Shown in pieces: positions 57,907-64,000 of a DNA stretch of 64,000 bases; positions within the stretch are counted from its first letter, which is position 1; each line of letters begins with the position of its first letter. The DNA lies in assembly GCA_963675665.1 (NCBI GenBank), contig OY776510.1, positions 2,496,001 through 2,560,000 of the forward strand. The letters run 5' to 3'. This DNA is from Spirochaetia bacterium. Its GTDB lineage: Bacteria > Spirochaetota > Spirochaetia > UBA9216. The notes under the pieces are model-generated. The model was not told the origin of the DNA and did not search any database. It saw only the letters and a list, made by a program, of their open reading frames with translations. The position numbers were made by a program, and so were the translations under genes.

Positions 57907-59331
57907 TTAAAGTTCTGTTTCTTCGGGATACCAGATACTGGTTTTATGTTTGAATGACCTTTTGCCTGCATATTTAAGGAAAAATAATCCGGTAAAAAGC
58001 AGGTAAGCAACATTTATCAGAACCGCTATCCAGAACCATTTGAAATCACCGGTGGTGTAGGTATGAAGAGGTAAATTCATGGTAAGAACATACGGCATGG
58101 CAAAAACAAACGTAATGGCTGATGCATAGGTATAGTCGGTGGCAACGGGAGTTTCAAAATCCGGGTCAACAACACGAAGAAGAGCAAGACCTGTAGATAA
58201 TGTTCCGGTTGAAACCCCGAACACCAGCAGGGTCCTTAAAAACCTGTGATCTGAAAAAATTCTTGATGAGTACCAGAGAGTTGTAAATGCAACGACAACT
58301 GCTCCGATAACCGCAGTTATAATAATCGGCGCCCAGTAATTCATTATAACGACTATTGAAATTGCCGCAATTGCACTGGCCACCATTACGTCTACAAAAA
58401 TACCGGTAAGTCTGTTCATGGTCATATTGTCAACAATATATTGCTTGTCTGTGGCTTTCAGTATTTGACGCAGCAGCAGTCCCGCAAGCGCGGCGAATAT
58501 AAAACTGAGGCCCCAGAATGTATCCGCCAGCCTTTCGCCGGTCGGTCCGAGAAACGAGAGAAGATAGTCCAGTCCTTTCAGCGTAAGGAATGCGGCAAAA
58601 TAACCCAGCAGAACAAGGGCCAGGTTCAGGGTCAGGGTGTCGATCGCTTCAGTTTCAGTAGTAAGAAATGAACCCGGTTTGAGTTTGGCTCCTTTCGGAT
58701 GTATTCCCGGGCGCAGGTCCTTATCCTTTAAAAAACTTACCTGCTCTTCGGGTATCCAGTTCTTTTTAAGGCCGATATTGATCATTAGAATACCGCCGAA
58801 ACTGCACAATATGAATCCCAGTGCGGCAAATGTCAGTCCTATGCTCCCGGCGCCTTCTACACCGAATGCTTTCCAGCTTTCTCCTATCGAATATGCCTGG
58901 CCCGGGCCCTGGGCGAACCCCAAAGGAAGCAGGTAGCCGAAGCTGTGAAATAAATCGGGCTTGATGGTTTTTATAAATACAAAGGTCAGGATAAGTCCAA
59001 TAAAACCCTGCACGCCGAACTGGAACAGTACGGAGAGCGAGGTGCCGAATATTCTGCCTTTTCCCGGTTTTTTTCGCGGCAGGGCTTTCAACGACAATGC
59101 GACGAACGAAAGGCTCAGCAGGTGATACGCCATTTCGCCCAGATCTACCGTCGACAGCCCGATATGCGGAAATACAAAATTATATAACGGCAGCAGCATA
59201 AAGCCTGCAAGCAGCGAATTCGGTATCAGGTATCTTTGAAAAAAGTTAACTTTTGTTCTGATAATAGTGGCAAGAAGAAGAGCCGCGGATATAATTCCGA
59301 GATTTATAAACACTGACCATTGATAACTCAT
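57907..59331 (-). CDS. Sodium:glutamate symporter (GltS/ESS family)-like transporter
   Basis: FQRYLIPNSLLAG, GFAQGPGQA and FGVSTGT..TGLALLRVVDP; many TM helices. Confidence 0.75.
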   Translation of the reverse strand: MSYQWSVFINLGIISAALLLATIIRTKVNFFQRYLIPNSLLAGFMLLPLYNFVFPHIGLSTVDLGEMAYHLLSLSFVALSLKALPRKKPGKGRIFGTSLSVLFQFGVQGFIGLILTFVFIKTIKPDLFHSFGYLLPLGFAQGPGQAYSIGESWKAFGVEGAGSIGLTFAALGFILCSFGGILMINIGLKKNWIPEEQVSFLKDKDLRPGIHPKGAKLKPGSFLTTETEAIDTLTLNLALVLLGYFAAFLTLKGLDYLLSFLGPTGERLADTFWGLSFIFAALAGLLLRQILKATDKQYIVDNMTMNRLTGIFVDVMVASAIAAISIVVIMNYWAPIIITAVIGAVVVAFTTLWYSSRIFSDHRFLRTLLVFGVSTGTLSTGLALLRVVDPDFETPVATDYTYASAITFVFAMPYVLTMNLPLHTYTTGDFKWFWIAVLINVAYLLFTGLFFLKYAGKRSFKHKTSIWYPEETEL

Positions 59332-59433
59332 GTAAAACCTCATTTATAGTTTGCGCTGTATATGAAAAATCTATTATAATTATTGATGGGATTTAAGAAT
59401 ATTGCAACAAGGAATTCACTACAGGAGTATCGT

Positions 59434-60657
59434 ATGGCGAAAAAAAAACGCATCGGCAAAATAAATCCTATTTTTGAGGCAATACTCAGAAAGATATTAA
59501 AGCAGCTTTTTAAAAACCTGTTCAGGGTAAGACTGGATCTTCCAAACGAAGTAAATACGCTTAAACCGCCATTTATTCTTTTACCGAATCATCAGGGTTT
59601 CTGGGATCCTTTTCTGGTTGGAGTATACCTCAGGGATCCTGTTTACTATATAACTTCGGATGCCGTGTTCAGATCGAGGTTTCTGGACTTTCTGCTGAAG
59701 TTCCTCGGGGCAATACCGAAAACGAAATCACAGTCGGATCTTGATGCTCTCAAGCATATATTTGATATGAAAGACCAGGGCCGTAATATAGGAATTTTTG
59801 CTGAGGGGCAGCGTAACTGGTCGGGTTCAACACTTCCTCTTATTAAATCAACTTCGAAACTCATCCGGATGCTCAGACTTCCGGTAGTAACAGCAGTGAT
59901 AAAGGGAGGCTTTTTCAGTCATCCCAGGTGGGGCACTTCCATACGGACCGGCGGTCTGCTGATAGAGTACAGGCTGTTGTTCGGCGGACATGAAGTCGGC
60001 AGTATGAAGGTTTCTGAAATCCATGATAAACTGACCGGGGCCCTTTCTTTTGATGAGGTTGAATATCAGAAAAAGCAGAAGATTGAATATAAAGGAAACA
60101 GGTTTGCTGAGAATATCGAGCAGTTTTTATTTACATGTCCGGAATGCGGCTCGATGGACGGTCTTTATTCACATTCAAACAGTTTTAAATGTCTGAACTG
60201 CGGCAAGGAGTGGAAGATTGACAGTTATCAGACTATATCTGCTTCAGACGGAAACACAATGTTTGATAATATTCGTGACTGGGATGAATGGCAGCGAAAA
60301 AAACTTCATGAAAGAATAGATCATTTATTCGGCACCGGGGAAGTTATTTTCGATGACGGCGGACTCCGGATTAATACCGGTTATAAAAGCCGAAGGCTGA
60401 AAAGATTTATAAGCGGCTCCATGAAACTTACTTCGCTGGATCTGTCTATTTGCGACAAACACGGGAAGGAAGTGTTGAAAATTCCAGTCAGGGAAATAAA
60501 CGGAATAAATGTTCAGAACAGGGAAATTCTCGATTTATATTATAACAGCGTGCTGTATGCAGTTCGTGATCCGCGAAGGCGTTTCAGCTCATATAAATGG
60601 TGGAGAGCTGTTGATTATCTTCAGCGCGAAAAACTGGGACTGAATCTGCCGGACTGA
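59434..60657 (+). CDS. 1-acyl-glycerol-3-phosphate acyltransferase (PlsC-like) with a C-terminal Zn-ribbon extension
   Basis: PNHQGFWDP (HxxxxD), IFAEGQR and CPECG...CLNCG; SD aggag before ATG 59434. Confidence 0.8.
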   Translation: MAKKKRIGKINPIFEAILRKILKQLFKNLFRVRLDLPNEVNTLKPPFILLPNHQGFWDPFLVGVYLRDPVYYITSDAVFRSRFLDFLLKFLGAIPKTKSQSDLDALKHIFDMKDQGRNIGIFAEGQRNWSGSTLPLIKSTSKLIRMLRLPVVTAVIKGGFFSHPRWGTSIRTGGLLIEYRLLFGGHEVGSMKVSEIHDKLTGALSFDEVEYQKKQKIEYKGNRFAENIEQFLFTCPECGSMDGLYSHSNSFKCLNCGKEWKIDSYQTISASDGNTMFDNIRDWDEWQRKKLHERIDHLFGTGEVIFDDGGLRINTGYKSRRLKRFISGSMKLTSLDLSICDKHGKEVLKIPVREINGINVQNREILDLYYNSVLYAVRDPRRRFSSYKWWRAVDYLQREKLGLNLPD

Positions 60658-60665
60658 TCGGTTTT

Positions 60666-61628
60666 TTACAGCGGCTGTAATGTTTCGGGATCTATTCCAC
60701 GGCCGGCAAGGTAATATTTCCATGTTCTCGCAAGCTCCCGGTCAAAAAGGGAATAGGAAAAACCAAGCAGCCGGGCAACCGCCGAACCGTTATAAAGCAG
60801 ACTCCGATCAGGCGGAAACGGCAGCGGGATTTGCCTTCTGAAAAGCTCCTCAACTGAGATTTTTTTAACGTCAGGAGTCCGTCCAGTTGCAGTAGCAAGC
60901 GATTCAATGAACCATTCATAATTTATCTGTTCGGGAGCTGCAAGATTAAAACATTTGCCCGCGGTTTCAGCCTGTTCCAGACATTTCAGAATCAGGGTTG
61001 CAGCATCCCACACAGAAACAAAGCTGTAACGGTGCTCCTTGCAGTTGCTTATGCTGTAATCCGGAATGGTGATTTCTTCTCCGGCGATGATTTTATCAAA
61101 GAAATAACTTTCCCGTGGTGCATAATTAAATTTACCGAATATAATTGCCGGCCTGAGTATTGTCCAGTCTGTGGATGTTTCAGCACACCTGCTTACAAGT
61201 TCGCTTTCGGTTTGTCTTTTATTCCATACATAATTGCCGTAATCCATGCCGGGCGGTAATGGCGAGGCAAGAAGCGGCTCTTCTTCGCTGAGGGGCGAAT
61301 CCGGCTCCTGTTCGTTGTAAACGGATGCGGTGCTTATAAAAATATATCTGCCGATCGCAGAATGATTCAGGACTTTCAGCATCAGTCTTATATCGGAAGC
61401 CTGATATGCGCAAAAATCAACGACAGCGTCCCATTCTGCAGGCTTGAGCACGGTTAAAAGGGAAGTCTCATCCTGCCTGTCGCATACTATTTCTTTGACT
61501 GAAGGGTTCCTGAACGGGATTTTTCCGCGGTTTAGAATTGATATCTCCCATTCTGCATTTTTCAGCAGGGTTTCTACAAAAACCCTGCCGAAGAAATAGC
61601 TTCCGCCTATTATAAGTATTTTCTTCAT
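60666..61628 (-). CDS. NAD-dependent epimerase/dehydratase-family (atypical SDR) protein
   Basis: LIIGGSYFFG, NRG, FISTASVY, YVWNK and ILRP. Confidence 0.8.
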   Translation of the reverse strand: MKKILIIGGSYFFGRVFVETLLKNAEWEISILNRGKIPFRNPSVKEIVCDRQDETSLLTVLKPAEWDAVVDFCAYQASDIRLMLKVLNHSAIGRYIFISTASVYNEQEPDSPLSEEEPLLASPLPPGMDYGNYVWNKRQTESELVSRCAETSTDWTILRPAIIFGKFNYAPRESYFFDKIIAGEEITIPDYSISNCKEHRYSFVSVWDAATLILKCLEQAETAGKCFNLAAPEQINYEWFIESLATATGRTPDVKKISVEELFRRQIPLPFPPDRSLLYNGSAVARLLGFSYSLFDRELARTWKYYLAGRGIDPETLQPL

Positions 61629-61740
61629 TTCTCTACTTTACGTTCCAAATGTACGAATAATCAAGGATTTTTTTAAATAGATATCCTGAGTTTATTCATT
61701 TGATGATGAAAACATTTCCTGATTTTTATATGATACAGTT

Positions 61741-62244
61741 ATGAAAAAGCTTGATTTTCTTGATAATGGAATAGCGCAGATTGCGTTTGTTGTTAAAGAT
61801 CTCGACGAGACGGTCAGAAATTACCATGAATATTTCGGAATCGGGCCGTGGCATTTCTATACATATGAAAAACCCCTTGTAAAGGAAATGACAAGGAACG
61901 GCAAACCGACAGACTATCGAATGCGCGTTGCTCTTTCTTATTTCGGTCCGACCAGGATCGAACTGATACAACAGCTTGAAGGCGATACAGTTTATGAGGA
62001 TTTTATCAGAAAGCACGGATTCGGAGTACAGCACCTCGGGGTTCTGGTAGATGACATGGAGGCTGCAATCAGGAAAGCGGAAGATGCCGGCTTTCCGATG
62101 ATTATGGATGGATCAGGTTTTGGTCCTGACGGAGACGGGCACTACGCTTATCTTGATACCGAAGAGCTTTTGGGAACAACTCTGGAACTTATACAAAGGC
62201 CCAAAGGGCGAAAGATTCCCGAGAAAATATATCCTCCGGAATAG
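61741..62244 (+). CDS. VOC/glyoxalase-family protein (methylmalonyl-CoA epimerase-like)
   Basis: QIAFVVKDLD, IELIQ, GVQHLG and YAYLDT..LELI. Confidence 0.8.
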   Translation: MKKLDFLDNGIAQIAFVVKDLDETVRNYHEYFGIGPWHFYTYEKPLVKEMTRNGKPTDYRMRVALSYFGPTRIELIQQLEGDTVYEDFIRKHGFGVQHLGVLVDDMEAAIRKAEDAGFPMIMDGSGFGPDGDGHYAYLDTEELLGTTLELIQRPKGRKIPEKIYPPE

Positions 62245-62340
62245 AATTTGAGCTTGGGGAAATGATATGCACCTGGTATCGTTCAACCCGGTATCGTTTT
62301 AAAATTGTCAGTACCGGTGATTTTGTGATAGAATTGAGTC

Positions 62341-62550
62341 ATGAAACTTGTTGAATTGAAAGAGTTTAAAACTCGTGCTGAAGCCGAACTTGTTTTTGAT
62401 CTGCTTAAATCAAACGGGTTTAATGCTGTTTTGCAGTCCGATGATCTTGCCGGATTGAATCCAAGTCTGGGCCTTGTCAATGGATACCAGCTAATGGTTA
62501 AAGAAGACCAGGTGTCAGAGATCAAGGCCTTTTTATCAGCTTCCAAATGA
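62341..62550 (+). CDS. DUF2007-like small putative signal-transducing protein
   Basis: EAELVFDLLKSNGF..LQSDD..LMVKEDQ. Confidence 0.6.
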   Translation: MKLVELKEFKTRAEAELVFDLLKSNGFNAVLQSDDLAGLNPSLGLVNGYQLMVKEDQVSEIKAFLSASK

Positions 62551-62636
62551 AAAAAATAAATAAAACTGAATAAAAACCACTATACAATTTGCTTTTTAAT
62601 ATTCACATAATTAAACTTCAATATAGGGGGCAGATT

Positions 62637-64000
62637 ATGAAGAATATTAACCTTAAATTGAAGCTTGTTCTCGTTGGTGTAATTGTTCTGCTGATTCCTC
62701 TTGGAGCTCTCGGTATTATCTCTATAGTACAGTCAAGACAGGCTTTAAATGAATTAATGCAGGAGCAGCTTACAAAGAGAACAGAAGAAATCTCGGATTC
62801 AATTTATAATGTGTTAAGCAAAGAAAAAAGTTTTGTTAAAAATCTGACCATTACCCATGAAGCCGAAACGGCTTTCTCGGAAGAGGCTGTTTCCGGTAAC
62901 CTTCAGGATTCCGTACGTTTTGCTGATCTGACAAGAATGTTAACAAAAATCAGCAACACTGAAGGGCTTGGAGAAGTCTACCAGGTATTATTGGTTGCCG
63001 ATGCCGACGGAATAGTAAAAGCGGCATCCTCTCCGGATTTCATTGATGTTGATTTATCAGCCAGGGAGTATCTTCAGAAAGCTTTGCAGGGTAAAACAAA
63101 TATCGGCCAGGCAGCCCTGAACACAGTTACCAATGAACCGTTTATTCCTGTTGCCGCACCGATTTACAATGAATACGGCACAGTCGTTGGTGCTGCAGCA
63201 ACAATTATGCAGCTTGATTTTCTATGGGAGCTTATCAAGGATTCTACCATCGGTGATACCGGTTATGCGTATGTAACCGATGCCAACGGTCTTTTTATAG
63301 CTCACCCCGATTCAACAACCCTGTTTGAAACTGAGCTGAAAAATCTGGTCGGGATGGAGGAAATTTCCCGAAGATTTATGGCCAGGGAATCAGGTTATGA
63401 GGGATATGTCTACAAGGGAGAGGCAAAGACGGCAGGTTTTGCAATTGTTGATGAAGCAAACTGGGGAGTATTTCTTACTCTTCCCGACAGTGAATATCTG
63501 CAGGCGGCCAATGCAATCAGGAATATTCTGATTATTGTGGCTGTTGTATCGTTTGTAATTGCTTTTATTGTATTCTTCTTTTTCGCCACATCTATTACCA
63601 ATCCGATTAAGAAAATTGTAGTTTTCGCGAATGACATATCCGAAGGCCGACTCTATACCAGGGTTGATATCGACCAGAGGGATGAAATAGGACAGCTTGC
63701 CATATCTCTTAAGCAGATGCAGGTGAAGCTTACTGAAGTTGTAGGCGGCGTCATGGTTGCTTCGGAACAGGTGTCCAGCGGCAGCGACCAGCTTGCACAG
63801 AGTTCACAACAGCTTTCGGAAGGCGCAACTGAGCAGGCCGCCAATGCTGAAGAAGTTTCTTCATCGGTTGAACAGATGGGGGCAAATATTGAGCAGAATA
63901 CCGACAATGCTGCAAAAACTGAAGAAATGGCCTCGCAGGCTGCTGTTGATATTGAAAACGGCGGTGCTGCCGTAATGGATGCGGTAGCGGCAATGAACGA
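62637..64000 (+). CDS. Methyl-accepting chemotaxis protein (dCache sensor, HAMP), 3' truncated by the window edge
   Basis: Missing from the ORF track because there is no stop inside the window. MKNINLKLKLVLVGVIVLL TM1, IGDTGYAYVTD...IAHPD, TM2, HAMP RDEIGQLA and SQQLSEGATEQAANAEEVSSSVEQM. Confidence 0.88.
   Translation, partial: MKNINLKLKLVLVGVIVLLIPLGALGIISIVQSRQALNELMQEQLTKRTEEISDSIYNVLSKEKSFVKNLTITHEAETAFSEEAVSGNLQDSVRFADLTRMLTKISNTEGLGEVYQVLLVADADGIVKAASSPDFIDVDLSAREYLQKALQGKTNIGQAALNTVTNEPFIPVAAPIYNEYGTVVGAAATIMQLDFLWELIKDSTIGDTGYAYVTDANGLFIAHPDSTTLFETELKNLVGMEEISRRFMARESGYEGYVYKGEAKTAGFAIVDEANWGVFLTLPDSEYLQAANAIRNILIIVAVVSFVIAFIVFFFFATSITNPIKKIVVFANDISEGRLYTRVDIDQRDEIGQLAISLKQMQVKLTEVVGGVMVASEQVSSGSDQLAQSSQQLSEGATEQAANAEEVSSSVEQMGANIEQNTDNAAKTEEMASQAAVDIENGGAAVMDAVAAMN

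Noticed and set aside
293-63993. Numerous short antisense or alternate-frame ORFs in the track
   Set aside because: They lie within well-supported genes and have no recognisable motifs, so I treated them as shadow ORFs.
1-64000. CRISPR arrays, tRNA/rRNA genes, IS elements, prophage or defence systems
   Set aside because: I recognised no repeat-spacer arrays, structural RNA genes, transposases, integrases or defence domains by eye.

Overview
A 64 kb stretch of bacterial chromosome, probably from a free-living anaerobic spirochaete (inferred from protein styles). It is mostly housekeeping, transport and metabolic genes; I saw no rRNA, tRNA, CRISPR array, transposase or integrase. Main findings: (1) Two molybdenum-cofactor (Moco) riboswitch-like RNAs, at 17495-17607 (-) and 36621-36740 (+). 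Each leads a FecCD/BtuCD-type ABC importer operon. The second operon has a tandem two-domain binding protein and ends in a radical SAM enzyme fused to a ~400 aa domain of unknown function. (2) A tightly coupled five-gene lipid operon at 51561-57486: CrtI/RetSat-like flavoenzyme, NAD(P)H/FAD/[2Fe-2S] reductase, FakB (DegV), FakA (DAK2), and a PlsY homologue that has lost the canonical glycerol-3-phosphate-binding and catalytic residues. (3) A DUF2239-amidase fusion. (4) An apiose-type sugar catabolic cluster. (5) A surface-protein trio with transglutaminase-like, beta-helix and VWA domains. (6) About eleven genes whose promoter geometry suggests leaderless mRNAs. All calls come from motif recognition by eye; no database searches were run.
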